DNA from: Trueperaceae bacterium
Lineage (GTDB): Bacteria > Deinococcota > Deinococci > Deinococcales > Trueperaceae
Assembly (NCBI GenBank): GCA_965215565.1
Contig: CBDCDZ010000004.1
Span: 3,776,001-3,840,000 of the forward strand
Direction: 5' to 3'
Length of the DNA: 64,000 nt
This document shows positions 17,452 through 27,488 of this stretch, in pieces. Position numbers and translations under genes: made by a program. Each line of letters begins with the position of its first letter. Positions within the stretch are counted from its first letter, which is position 1. Under the pieces are notes generated by a model that worked only from the letters and a program-made list of their open reading frames with translations, was not told where the DNA came from and did no database searches.

Positions 17452-19017
17452 TTAGCGGCGCAGGCGCTTCGTCACTTGCGCCATCTCCGGTAGACCCAAA
17501 TGGAGACTAAAGAGAACGTAGAACCCGCCTAAAACGCTCACACCGACGGTAGCGCGCAGAAGGTAGTCGAACCAGCCTGAGGGCGGCGGAAGTTGTCCGA
17601 GCGCGAGCAGCGTGAGCCCCGCCGCCCCGAGCGCCGCGAGCCAGACGCGGCGCGCGTGGCTCAAGAGGTTGAATAGAGAGAACCGCTCGCGCCGCCACAC
17701 GTAAAAGGTGAGCACCGCGAGTTGCGTCCACTCGACGAGCACGGTAGACCAGCTCAGCCCTACGATGCCGTAGCGCGGCGCGAGTAGCGTGTAGAGCAGC
17801 GCGTTGAGCGAGATGAAGAGGACGCTGATGACGATGGGCGTCACTATCTCGCGGCGCACGTAAAAGGTGCGAATCAAGAGGTTGCGTAAGCCGATAGGGA
17901 AGACTGCCAAGCCCAAAGGCGCGAGTGCGGTGACAGAAAGGCTGAGCACTTGCGGGTTCATCCCGGCACCCGGATGAAACGCGGAGAGCCAGTTGAGCAC
18001 GCTCTGAACCGCAGGCGCGGCGAGGAAGCAGAGAATGAGCCCGGCGGGGACGGTCAAAAAGGTGATGAGGCGCAAGCCCTCTAGGAGCGTCTCAGAAAAC
18101 CTCTCCGGCTCCTCTTTGGCGTTCGCGGAGAGCCTCGAGTAATACGCCAGCGCCGGCGAGATGCTAAAGAGCCCAAGCGCTAAGCCTAAAAAGAGGTTCG
18201 CGTTTTCGAACGCCGTCACGCTGCCCCGGGGCAAGCCGCTCAGCACGTTCGTCGCGACTACGTTAAGAAATTGCCGCGCCCCCGTCGTAAAGGTGAAAGG
18301 AACCATCAAAACGAGGACGCCGCCCAGCGCCGGATGCCACCAGCGCCCGATGCGGGGCAAGAGGTTGTGTCTGACGAGCGCCGGGATTTGGAAGAGCAGT
18401 TGCGCCAAGCCGCCTAAGACGAACGCCACCGCGAGCGGCACCGCTTGACCCGGATAGAGGAGCATCAGCGCCGCCGTGACCACGTTGAGCGCCACCGGAG
18501 CCCAGGCGGGCGCGAAGAAACGCTCCTCAGCTTGGAGAATCCCCATCGCCAGCGCGGAGAAAGAGATGGCCGCTAGAAAAGGAAAAACAGTGCGCGTGAG
18601 CTTGAGCGTGAGCGCGTAATCCACGTTCGCGTTGTCTTGGAGGAGCAGCCCGACGATCCAAGGCGCAGCCCAGACCGCGAGCAGCACGAGCAGCGTGTTG
18701 ACGAGAAAGAGCAGGCTGAGCAGCGCGCCCGAAAGCCCCTTCGCGTCCTCCTCTTCCAAACCCTTATAGACGGGCACGAACGAGTTCGTCAGCGCGCCCT
18801 CGGCGAGCAGTTCGCGAAAGAGGTTGGGGACTTTCAGGGCGACGTTTAGGGCGTCTGTGACGGCGGGCGCGTAAAGCTGGTTGAAGAGCGCGGTGCGTAA
18901 AAGCCCCGTGACGCGGCTGCCGAGCGTGCCGCCCATGAGGATCAGCGCGCCCCTCGAGGCGCTCTGACGCGGCTCAGGGGCTTTCGGTACAGGGTTGGGC
19001 GTGAGTTGGCTCGACAA
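17452..19017 (-). CDS. murJ: Lipid II flippase MurJ
   Basis: SRVTGLLR and PNLFRELLAEGALTNSFVP motifs, polytopic membrane protein. Confidence 0.93.
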   Translation of the reverse strand: MSSQLTPNPVPKAPEPRQSASRGALILMGGTLGSRVTGLLRTALFNQLYAPAVTDALNVALKVPNLFRELLAEGALTNSFVPVYKGLEEEDAKGLSGALLSLLFLVNTLLVLLAVWAAPWIVGLLLQDNANVDYALTLKLTRTVFPFLAAISFSALAMGILQAEERFFAPAWAPVALNVVTAALMLLYPGQAVPLAVAFVLGGLAQLLFQIPALVRHNLLPRIGRWWHPALGGVLVLMVPFTFTTGARQFLNVVATNVLSGLPRGSVTAFENANLFLGLALGLFSISPALAYYSRLSANAKEEPERFSETLLEGLRLITFLTVPAGLILCFLAAPAVQSVLNWLSAFHPGAGMNPQVLSLSVTALAPLGLAVFPIGLRNLLIRTFYVRREIVTPIVISVLFISLNALLYTLLAPRYGIVGLSWSTVLVEWTQLAVLTFYVWRRERFSLFNLLSHARRVWLAALGAAGLTLLALGQLPPPSGWFDYLLRATVGVSVLGGFYVLFSLHLGLPEMAQVTKRLRR

Positions 19018-19029
19018 CGGACCTTCCTT

Positions 19030-19142
19030 TAGCAGGTATCATCTGGTTTGAGACGCTCTCACTTCAAGAAGCAGCGTCTAGCACGCACATTGTGAGATGA
19101 CACCTATAACATTTTGTCTCAGTATTAAGCGTGGAACTGCTA
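19030..19142. mobile_element. MITE-like element, short form
   Basis: TAGCAGGTATCATCTGGTTTGAGAC...CTCAGTATTAAGCGTGGAACTGCTA. The termini TAGCAG and CTGCTA are inverted. Confidence 0.7.
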
Positions 19143-19456
19143 CTTAATGACCTTCGCAGCAGCTCGGGGCGCACGCATTGTATCAGGACTGTGTGATGTT
19201 GGCAGAAGCAAGTTGGATGTTCTGGGATGTGAATTTAGCGGTCCGAGCCGCTGAGTTCGCGCTCTCATTGAGACCTTCGTTGTAAAGCTTAGCCCCAAAT
19301 CTCACTGACGATTTCGGGGTCAGATGGCGTAATCGCTTATGAAAACAGTGTAAGCAACTTTTGAAACATCGTGCATGTTTTTAGTAACGCTAAGTCTAAG
19401 AACTCCAAATTTTGCTTTCTCGTTCTGACATATTTTAATTGAACGTCTATTTGTAC

Positions 19457-19485
19457 TTGACACTTTGTAATTTAATTCATATCCT
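19457..19485 (+). promoter_or_regulatory. Sigma-70-type promoter of amtB-glnK
   Basis: TTGACA-17 nt-TATCCT. Confidence 0.65.
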
Positions 19486-19531
19486 AAGTATCAGGCTGCT
19501 CGCTTGAAGCAGCATTCCCCCGGAGGTAAAT

Positions 19532-20839
19532 ATGAAAAAATCCTACGTTTTCCTAGCACTCTCTTTATGCCTGCTCTCAGGCGGCGCGTTCGCGCAAGAG
19601 GGGGGTGACGCGGCAGCGGCGGGTGAGGTGGCGTTTGCCTTAGAGACCATCGCCATCCTCTTCTTCGCGGTTTTAGTCGCCTTTATGCAGCCCGGCTTCG
19701 CCCTCTTAGAAGCGGGTCTCATCGGCGCAAAAAACGTCATCAACATTTTCATGAAGAACTTCGCTGACTTCGCCGTAGCGGGTTTAGCGTTCTGGGCGGT
19801 CGGCTTCGGGCTCATGTACCGGAGCGACGGACAGATTTTTTGGGGTCTAAACGGCTACGAAACGGGCATGAACGTGCCCGTCGCGGCTGACTTCATCTTC
19901 CAGATGGTCTTCGCGGCGACGGCGGCAACCATCGTCTCGGGCGCGATCGCCGGACGGATGAAGTTCCCGGCGTATCTCGTCTTTACTGTGGCAATGACGG
20001 CGCTCATCTACCCCTTCTTGGGGTACTGGCAGTGGGGCGGCGGTTGGCTCTCGCAGATGGGCTTCGCGGACTTCGCGGGTTCTTCTGTCGTGCACGCGGT
20101 GGGCGGCTTCGCGGCGCTCGGCGGGGTGCTCGCCATCGGTCCGCGCGTCGGGCGCTACGCGGGCGGCAAGGTCAACGCGATGCCGGGGCACAACATGGCT
20201 CTGGCGGGTCTGGGCGTCTTCCTCCTCTGGATCGGTTGGTTCGGTTTTAACCCCGGCTCGCAGCTCGCCTACAGCTCACAAGCGGACGCCGAAGCGATTG
20301 CGAACATCTTCCTCAACACGAACCTAGCGGCGGCTGCGGGCGCAGTAGCGGCGATGTTCACCTCTTGGGCGCTGTTCAAAAAGCCCGACTTCTCCATGAC
20401 CATCAACGGCGTGTTGGCGGGTTTGGTGGGCATCACGGCTGGACCCGATGTCATCACGGGTCTCGCGGCGGTGCTCGTCGGCGCAATCGCAGGCGTGATC
20501 GTCGTCTTCAGCGTGCTGATGTTTGACCGTATTCGTATAGACGACCCCGTCGGCGCGATTTCGGTGCACGGCGTCTGCGGCATCTGGGGCACGCTCGCGG
20601 TGGGTATCTTCGGTGGCGGCAACTTAGGCGTGCAGGCAATCGGCACGCTTTCTTACGCGGCGGCGGCGTTTATTGCAGGCTTCGTCATCTTCTACTTGCT
20701 CAAAGTGACCATCGGCATTCGCGTGTCGCCGCAAGAGGAGATCACCGGACTCGACCTCGTCGAGCACGGCACGGAGGCTTACGCAGGTAAGGACACCGTC
20801 GGTGATTCGGTGGTTGTCACAGCGGCAGCGGGCGACTGA
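19532..20839 (+). CDS. amtB: Ammonium transporter
   Basis: FMQPGFALLEAG, DFAGSSVVH, WFGFNPGS and DDPVGAISVHG motifs. Confidence 0.96.
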   Translation: MKKSYVFLALSLCLLSGGAFAQEGGDAAAAGEVAFALETIAILFFAVLVAFMQPGFALLEAGLIGAKNVINIFMKNFADFAVAGLAFWAVGFGLMYRSDGQIFWGLNGYETGMNVPVAADFIFQMVFAATAATIVSGAIAGRMKFPAYLVFTVAMTALIYPFLGYWQWGGGWLSQMGFADFAGSSVVHAVGGFAALGGVLAIGPRVGRYAGGKVNAMPGHNMALAGLGVFLLWIGWFGFNPGSQLAYSSQADAEAIANIFLNTNLAAAAGAVAAMFTSWALFKKPDFSMTINGVLAGLVGITAGPDVITGLAAVLVGAIAGVIVVFSVLMFDRIRIDDPVGAISVHGVCGIWGTLAVGIFGGGNLGVQAIGTLSYAAAAFIAGFVIFYLLKVTIGIRVSPQEEITGLDLVEHGTEAYAGKDTVGDSVVVTAAAGD

Positions 20840-20858
20840 GGAAGACGAAAGGGCATAC

Positions 20859-21239
20859 ATGAAACTCATCACTGCAGTTATTCGCCCGAACAAACTAGCC
20901 GAGGTCAAAGAGGCGCTCTTCAAGGCGGGCGTGCGGGGTATCACCATCTCGCGCGTCAGCGGTCATGGTGGACAGGGAGGCGTCGTGGAGCAGTACCGGG
21001 GGAGCCAGTACGTCGTCGAATTCCACGACAAGGTCAAGCTCGAGATCGCCGTCAGTGAACCCTTTATCGACACGACGATCGACGCCATCGTCAAAGCCGC
21101 CCGCTCTGGCGAGGTTGGCGACGGCAAGATCTTCGTGCAGCCTTTAGAGCAAGTTGTGCGCATCCGCACGAACGAACGCGACGACGAGGCGCTGACGCCT
21201 GTTCAAACTGAGGAAAAGAAGGCGAAAGCGAAGCGTTAA
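20859..21239 (+). CDS. glnK: P-II nitrogen regulator
   Basis: MKLITAVIRPNKL, YRG T-loop and GEVGDGKIFV. Follows amtB. Confidence 0.93.
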   Translation: MKLITAVIRPNKLAEVKEALFKAGVRGITISRVSGHGGQGGVVEQYRGSQYVVEFHDKVKLEIAVSEPFIDTTIDAIVKAARSGEVGDGKIFVQPLEQVVRIRTNERDDEALTPVQTEEKKAKAKR

Positions 21240-21257
21240 AGTTTAGGATAAGTTCGA

Positions 21258-21287
21258 AGGGGCACCTCAGCGGTGCCCTCTTTTTTT
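21258..21287. terminator. Intrinsic terminator after glnK
   Basis: GGGCACC-TCAGC-GGTGCCC hairpin followed by a T tract. Confidence 0.75.
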
Positions 21288-22758
21288 AGCATACCTTTTG
21301 AAAGAGTGCGCCAGAACGCGCCAGGAGGTCTACATCCAACGTTTCCTCCTGCACCGTAAAGGTCTCATTATTCAAGAGGTCTTGGTAGCTTCCGTCCGGC
21401 AACGCCAACTGCGTCACTTTCACGCCATTACCTACATTGAGAAATCCGACGAAAGTTTCACCCTCCAACCTCTTCGTATAGACGTAGAGGTCCTCTGAGA
21501 CGTGCAGGGTTTCAAATTCTCCGCGCCTTAAAGCTGGATGCTCGAGCCTCAATTTGATAAGACGTTTGGTATAGTCCAGCAGTTCCTCATTCCAAGATTC
21601 TTTATCTTCCCAGGGCATTCCCTGGCGGCACTCGGGGTCGTGCCCGCCTGTTAGCCCTAGCTCATCGCCGTAATACAAGCAGGGCGCACCGGGAAAGGTC
21701 ATCTGGAAGAGGAGCGCCGTGCGGTACGCCGCTTCGTCGCCGTTCACCACTGTGAGCGCCCTCGGCGTGTCGTGGCTGCCCAAGAGGTTGAGTTGCACCT
21801 CGGTGATTTCTGGGCGGTGAGCGTGTAGCAAAGTTTCGACGGCGGCAGCGAACGAGGTCGCGTCCAGCTTAGGGATATGCTGGTAGCCGCACCGCGCAAT
21901 CTCCTTTTCATTCAAAGAGCCGGCTGTAAAGCCGAACGCTGCTCGAGTAAAGGGATAGTTCATCACCGCGTCGAACTGGTCGCCCTTCAACCAGTGACTC
22001 GCGTCGTCCCAAATTTCGCCGACGATGTAGCACTCGGGGTTCACCTCGCGGCAGCGGCGGCGGAACTCCCGCCAGAAGGCGTCGTCGCCGATTTCATTGG
22101 GCACATCCAAACGCCAGCCGTCGACGCCGAACTCGAGCCAATACGTCCCTACGTCCCACAAAAAGTCGCGCACCGCAGGGGTGTCGGTGTTGAATTTAGG
22201 CAGGGCGGGCAGCCCCCACCAGGCGTCGTAGCCGAGCCTGTCGCCGTCTTCGCCGCTATACGCCTTGAGGGGCAATTCGCGGATGTTGAACCAATCCAAG
22301 TACGCGCTGTGCGGACCGTTCTCCAAGATGTCGTTAAACTGAAAAAAGCCGCGGCTGGCGTGATTGAAGACCCCGTCCAACACAATCTTCAGCCCGCGCT
22401 CGTGACACGCATCGACGAGTTCTCGTAGCGCAGCGTTACCGCCCAACATCGGGTCAACTTGATAATAATCGTGCGTGTGGTAGCGGTGGTTCGAGGCGGA
22501 CTGGAAAACGGGGTTGAAGTAGAGCGCAGTGATGCCCAAGTCCTGCAAGTAGTCGAGGTGCTCCACCACACCCAAGAGGTCACCGCCCTTGTAGCCGTAG
22601 ACGGTGGGGGGACCCTCCCAGGTTTCTAAATTGCTCGCTTTGCGTACACGCTCGCTCTTGGCGAAGCGGTCAGGGAAAATCTGGTAGAAGACGGCGTCGC
22701 GGACCCATTCGGGGGTGGTGGTGTCGGGTAGATTGTCGGCGGAAGAGGTAGAAGACAT
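21286..22758 (-). CDS. GH13 neopullulanase/cyclomaltodextrinase
   Basis: FYQIFPDRFA, DGVFNH, DGWRLDVP, GEIW and LLGSHDT. Start at MSSTSS, 7 nt after TAAGAT. Confidence 0.92.
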   Translation of the reverse strand: MSSTSSADNLPDTTTPEWVRDAVFYQIFPDRFAKSERVRKASNLETWEGPPTVYGYKGGDLLGVVEHLDYLQDLGITALYFNPVFQSASNHRYHTHDYYQVDPMLGGNAALRELVDACHERGLKIVLDGVFNHASRGFFQFNDILENGPHSAYLDWFNIRELPLKAYSGEDGDRLGYDAWWGLPALPKFNTDTPAVRDFLWDVGTYWLEFGVDGWRLDVPNEIGDDAFWREFRRRCREVNPECYIVGEIWDDASHWLKGDQFDAVMNYPFTRAAFGFTAGSLNEKEIARCGYQHIPKLDATSFAAAVETLLHAHRPEITEVQLNLLGSHDTPRALTVVNGDEAAYRTALLFQMTFPGAPCLYYGDELGLTGGHDPECRQGMPWEDKESWNEELLDYTKRLIKLRLEHPALRRGEFETLHVSEDLYVYTKRLEGETFVGFLNVGNGVKVTQLALPDGSYQDLLNNETFTVQEETLDVDLLARSGALFQKVC

Positions 22759-22854
22759 GCCCACCATCTTAAAATGAGGTGAGCCGCGCGAATTGTGCAG
22801 GTAACTTCTTCTTACGGTGAGGTGCGGAAGAGGTTTTGGCTGTAAAGTGTACGC

Positions 22855-23040
22855 ATGGCACATCGTAAAGGTCCGAAACCCGTCAAGTATGGAGAAGAGG
22901 TCTCGCTCGAGACCTCTTCTCCCGAATATGGTCCCACGTCACCTCTTGTCACCGAGGATAAAGACGTGCTTTCGGGCAACTGGACTTGGGTCGCGGACGA
23001 AGACGGTCAGTTGCACTTCAGTGCTCAAGGTGAGCCCTAA
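22855..23040 (+). CDS. Small hypothetical protein, 61 aa, leaderless
   Basis: TAAAGT (22843-22848) is 6 nt before the ATG. The ORF fills the gap between two minus-strand genes. Confidence 0.6.
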   Translation: MAHRKGPKPVKYGEEVSLETSSPEYGPTSPLVTEDKDVLSGNWTWVADEDGQLHFSAQGEP

Positions 23041-24344
23041 CCCGCCGGGATCACCAATACCATTCCCGGAATAAGCGCATCGGGGTCGTCTAACACATAA
23101 CTGTTCGCGTCCACGATGTCCGTCCAGCGGCTCCCGCTCTGATAGAAAAGGTCGGCGATGCCGGAGAGAAAATCGCCGGAGCGCACGGTGTAAGTTGCCT
23201 GTGCGCCGCTCAAGCGGGCGACGGCGCGTTGCGCGTCCAAGAGGCGTTGCTGCGCCGCCTCGACTTCGCTGCGCCGCGCCTCATCCACGAGGCTTAGGTT
23301 CGGCGTTTCTTGCCGCATGGTGACGTACATCTCAGCCGCCTCGGACGCGCTCGCTCGCGCCTGTTCTAACTGGTCCGCTTGCGGCGCTAAGCTCTCCTCT
23401 AAGCTCTGCTCTTGATTCAGGGCCGCGTTGAGCCGACTTAGAAGCTGGTCGCGCTCATTTTGCGCGCTCTCTAGCTGCTGGCTGAGCTGCTCGCTGCCAC
23501 TCGTCGCTTCGCTGAGCTGCTCGGAGAGATCAGCTTGTTCGGCTTGTACGCTCTCGAGCTGGCTTTGAAGCGCCTCCCTCTCTGCCTGTGACGTTTGACC
23601 CTCTTCGGTGAGCGCTGCTAGTTGCTCCTCCAATGAAGAGACCTGGCTCTGCGCCTCTTCCAACGTGCTGCTCAGCTCTTGATTCTGCGTCTGCGCCGCT
23701 TCTAAATCTTGGGCAAGCTGTTCATTCTCCGCGCCGAGGTTGCTGCGCTGCTGCTCGAGGGTCTGCTGTTCGCCCTGGGCTTGCTCCAGTTGCGCCCGCA
23801 CCTCTTCCAGAGTGCTATTAAGCTCTTGGTTCTGCGCCTGCGCGCTCTCTAGCTGCTGGGTCAGCGTATCGCGTTCGGTACCCAAGGCGTCGGAGCGCTG
23901 CGTCTGCGTCCCGAGGTTTTCGCGCAGCTCGTCACGCTCCGCTTGCAGACTGCTCACCTCTTGCCCGAGCGACTGCAGTTCGACTTGGGCCGCGACGAAC
24001 GCCTCTTGGAAGTTGCTGAGCCGCGCCGCTAAAGCCTGATTCTCTTCGCGTAAAGACGCTTCCAGGGACGACTGCGCCGCCTGCGCCTCACCTGACGGTG
24101 CGTCCTCTTGCTGCGTTCCTTGCGCCTCTTGCGCTTCTTGTCCCTCTTGCAAGGCGGCGAGCTGCGCCTGCACATCTTCGCGCAGCGCAGTGACGTCGTC
24201 ACGCAGGGCGTTACTGACCTCGAGCCCGGCGAGCGCTTCTTGTAACTGGGTGAGAAGGTCCTCTACCTGCGTGCTACCGCTCTGCGAAGCACCTGTAGAC
24301 GAGAGAGTGAGGACGCAGATAAGGGCTAAGACAGACTTCTTCAA
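23037..24344 (-). CDS. Secreted coiled-coil protein with C-terminal LysM domain
   Basis: Signal peptide, long Q/E/A-rich heptads and YTVRSGDFLSGIA...LIPGMVLVIP. Confidence 0.85.
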   Translation of the reverse strand: MKKSVLALICVLTLSSTGASQSGSTQVEDLLTQLQEALAGLEVSNALRDDVTALREDVQAQLAALQEGQEAQEAQGTQQEDAPSGEAQAAQSSLEASLREENQALAARLSNFQEAFVAAQVELQSLGQEVSSLQAERDELRENLGTQTQRSDALGTERDTLTQQLESAQAQNQELNSTLEEVRAQLEQAQGEQQTLEQQRSNLGAENEQLAQDLEAAQTQNQELSSTLEEAQSQVSSLEEQLAALTEEGQTSQAEREALQSQLESVQAEQADLSEQLSEATSGSEQLSQQLESAQNERDQLLSRLNAALNQEQSLEESLAPQADQLEQARASASEAAEMYVTMRQETPNLSLVDEARRSEVEAAQQRLLDAQRAVARLSGAQATYTVRSGDFLSGIADLFYQSGSRWTDIVDANSYVLDDPDALIPGMVLVIPAG

Positions 24345-24757
24345 GACGTAACCTCCGAGGTTTTGGAAGATTTTGGAGCCAGCGCCAAAGGGCTGGGCTC
24401 GAGGAAGGGTTGGACCTCCATTGTACCGAGTTTAAGAGGGCAACGCCATCACAGTTTCAGCGCGCGTTTATAAAGGCGTTAAAGCTCCAGTCGCTCTCAT
24501 GAGCGTCCGATGTGTTCGCGTGAAGAAAAACTCGTGAAGGTGTTCTTTTGCAGTTCATTAAAGCTCTTCCAGACGTTCCTCGCTCTCTCAGCCTGACCTC
24601 ACAAACCGGTTCATTAAGCGTTGAGGTTGGCTTAATGTGTGACTTTGCGTACTATTCTTTAGGGGTCGGCGCTTGCTAAGGTGCGCGCATCCACCTCACT
24701 GTGCAATGCGTTACTTCCTCTTTGTGGATCAATCTACACCGCGTTTGGGAGAGCACT

Positions 24758-27262
24758 ATGATACGTTACCGTTTCGTTCTACTACTCGTTCTTGGCTTCG
24801 CTGTCGCTGCTTGCGACATGCGAGGCTCTCCCAGCGTGGTGGAGAGCCCCAACATCACCAGCTTCGAGGCGTCCGAACTCGGCGCGGACGGCAGCGCTAC
24901 CTTGTCCTGGAGGGTGGAAAATGCCGCCACGTTGTCCATCGATCAAGGCGTCGGCGACGTCACCGGGCAGAGCAGCGCCTCTGTCTCGCCCACGCGGACG
25001 ACCACCTACACCTTGCGCGCGGTCAATAGCGAGGGTCAAGCTGAGGCGAGGGCGACCGTCACGGTTGAGGGCACGACGCCCGCCCCAAACCCAGGTGAGG
25101 ACACCGCCGCGCCCTCGGGCAGCTTCGGCGTGTCAGAGGACGCTGACCCGCCCTTCCGCAACGATTCGGGCAGCAGGATCGAGGATGCGGGCGACAACCG
25201 CATCGTCAAGGTGGAGCCGGGGGGAACCTTCTACGCCCGAGTCGCTTACGAGGACCCTAGCGGCGTCACGGACGTGGAGGTCAACCTCGTCAATAGCAGT
25301 CCAGACGGTGTAGCAGGCACGCTCAGTCCGTCGCAGCAGTTTTTCACTCTGGGGGAACCTACCGGAACGTGCGACCTCTCGAGCGACCCTGTGACCGTCA
25401 TCTGCATCTATCCCATCACCGTGGCAGAGGACGCGGTGAATATTGGCGAGTTGGACGGCGCAGGGAGCGAGTTCGCCTACGTCTTCCGCACAAAGGTTAC
25501 GGACGCGGCGGGCAACCAGTCCGATGAGGCGATACGCGGCTATGTCGTCGTCACGGGCGACGCGACGCCCGCGCCGCCGGAAGAGGATAACGGAGCGCCT
25601 ACGGCTGACTTCACCGCCGAGCAAGAAGGCAGCCTCAGCGTGAGGTTCAGCGCTGCGCCCTCGTCCGACCCCGACGGCGACCCGCTCTCGTATGCCTGGG
25701 ACTTCGGCGACGGGAGTGCGGGCTCGAGCCGCGACTTCACCAAAACCTACCGCGACGCGGGCAGCTACGAGGTTACCCTTACAGTCTCCGACGGCAAAGG
25801 CGGCGAGGACACCGTGGCCGAGACGGTGAGCGTCGAAGCGGCGGAGCCTGAACCCCTTCCGAGAGGCAACATCGTCGTCACGTCCACTTCGGGCGCAGCC
25901 TCCTTAGAGGACGAATGCACCCTGCGAGCGGCGATCACGGCGGCGAATACCGACGCGGCTGTCGGCGGTTGCCCGGCGGGAAGCGGCGCGGACACCATCG
26001 TTCTGGCTGAAGGCGCGACCTACGCCTCGAGCGAGGCGGACAACGGGACGGGCGACGACATGAGCGCCCTGCCGCGCATTACCAGCGAGATAAGCCTCGA
26101 GGGTAACGGCGCGACGGTGGAGCGTTCTGGTGCCGAAGACACTCCCCCCTTCCGCCTGTTCTACGTCGCCGAGGCGGGCACCTTGACCTTGGAAAACGTA
26201 ACCGTTCGTGGCGGCGAACTCATCGACACGTCCCACAGTCAAGCACCTGGCGTCGTCGGCCCGAGCTTTCTCAACCTCGGCAGCCTCACCCTGACGAACG
26301 TGATTATAAGCGACGGCTACATTGAAGGGGCGTCGAACGGCGTGGCGGTGCACAACTTGGGAACGCTCAGGCTCGAGCGAAGCACCGCCGAAAATCACTC
26401 CGCGAACGACCCCTACGGCGACAATAGCGCCCTCTACAACGCAGGCGAGGCGACGCTCGTGGATACGCTTGTGCGCAACCCTTCCGAGGGGAGCATCATC
26501 GGCGCTATCTACAACGCGGCGGCGGGCACGCTCGACGTTCAGAGGAGCACGGTGACACGCTTTCTCAACTTCGAAACCTTTGCTGGCGTCGAGAACGACG
26601 GCGAAGCTACGCTCACCGACAGCACCATCTTCGACAATTCCGGCGATAAAAGTAATGCCGGCGTCCTCAATAGAGGCACAATGACGATTCAGCGCAGCCT
26701 CATCGCGGACAACAGCGGCTTCGATTCGGGTCAAGGGGGTATCTTTAATAGCGGCACCCTGACCCTGCTCAACTCAACCCTGAGCAACAACAGCGCCGAC
26801 TTCGGGGCGATAGTCGGCAACACCGGCAGGGTGGATATCCGCTACAGCACCATCAAAGACAACGTCACGGGCACCTTTTTCTCCGATTCTGAAGATGAAC
26901 CCGTACACGTCATCGAGAATGCAGGCACGCTCACGCTGCACGCGAGCATCATAGAGAACGGCGACGGAGACACGCTGCTCAACTGCACAGGCTCTGGCAC
27001 GTTCATTTCAGAGGGGTACAACGCAGCGAGCGACGGGTCTTGTGACTTGGACAGCGACACTGACAACCTCGCCGACTTTGGTTTGGGCTTGGCTCCTCTA
27101 CGCGACAACGGCGGAGAAACCCTGACGCACGCGCTTCCTAACGGCACGTTCTTACTCGACGCTGTCCCCGCTGACGCTTGCGAGGTCCAGACCGACCAGC
27201 GCGGCGTGAGCCGTCCGCAAGGCGAGGCGTGCGACATCGGCGCGTTTGAGTTGGAGCAGTAG
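24758..27262 (+). CDS. Surface lipoprotein with Ig-like, PKD, CSLREA-like and beta-helix/choice-of-anchor Q regions
   Basis: Lipobox VAAC, YAWDFGDG, CTLRAAITAAN and terminal DQRGVSRPQGEACDIGAFE. Confidence 0.82.
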   Translation: MIRYRFVLLLVLGFAVAACDMRGSPSVVESPNITSFEASELGADGSATLSWRVENAATLSIDQGVGDVTGQSSASVSPTRTTTYTLRAVNSEGQAEARATVTVEGTTPAPNPGEDTAAPSGSFGVSEDADPPFRNDSGSRIEDAGDNRIVKVEPGGTFYARVAYEDPSGVTDVEVNLVNSSPDGVAGTLSPSQQFFTLGEPTGTCDLSSDPVTVICIYPITVAEDAVNIGELDGAGSEFAYVFRTKVTDAAGNQSDEAIRGYVVVTGDATPAPPEEDNGAPTADFTAEQEGSLSVRFSAAPSSDPDGDPLSYAWDFGDGSAGSSRDFTKTYRDAGSYEVTLTVSDGKGGEDTVAETVSVEAAEPEPLPRGNIVVTSTSGAASLEDECTLRAAITAANTDAAVGGCPAGSGADTIVLAEGATYASSEADNGTGDDMSALPRITSEISLEGNGATVERSGAEDTPPFRLFYVAEAGTLTLENVTVRGGELIDTSHSQAPGVVGPSFLNLGSLTLTNVIISDGYIEGASNGVAVHNLGTLRLERSTAENHSANDPYGDNSALYNAGEATLVDTLVRNPSEGSIIGAIYNAAAGTLDVQRSTVTRFLNFETFAGVENDGEATLTDSTIFDNSGDKSNAGVLNRGTMTIQRSLIADNSGFDSGQGGIFNSGTLTLLNSTLSNNSADFGAIVGNTGRVDIRYSTIKDNVTGTFFSDSEDEPVHVIENAGTLTLHASIIENGDGDTLLNCTGSGTFISEGYNAASDGSCDLDSDTDNLADFGLGLAPLRDNGGETLTHALPNGTFLLDAVPADACEVQTDQRGVSRPQGEACDIGAFELEQ

Positions 27263-27268
27263 CGCCTA

Positions 27269-27294
27269 AGGGCTATCCCCGCAGGGATAGCCCA
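27269..27294. terminator. Hairpin between the two lipoprotein genes
   Basis: GGGCTATCCC-CGCA-GGGATAGCCC. Confidence 0.55.
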
Positions 27295-27488
27295 CCCAAA
27301 AAAACCTCAACCGAAAACTCAAAGCGCTCGGGTGCCGCGTTCAGCACCTCACCACCGGGCGCTTATGGCCCCTTATTGCTGCACGAACCACTTCGTACGT
27401 AAACCGTGAAAGGGGGTGATGCCCATGTAGCGCGCGTGATGCCCTGGGAGAGCGTACACGAAACCTACTCGAAAGAAAGAGGAAAACC

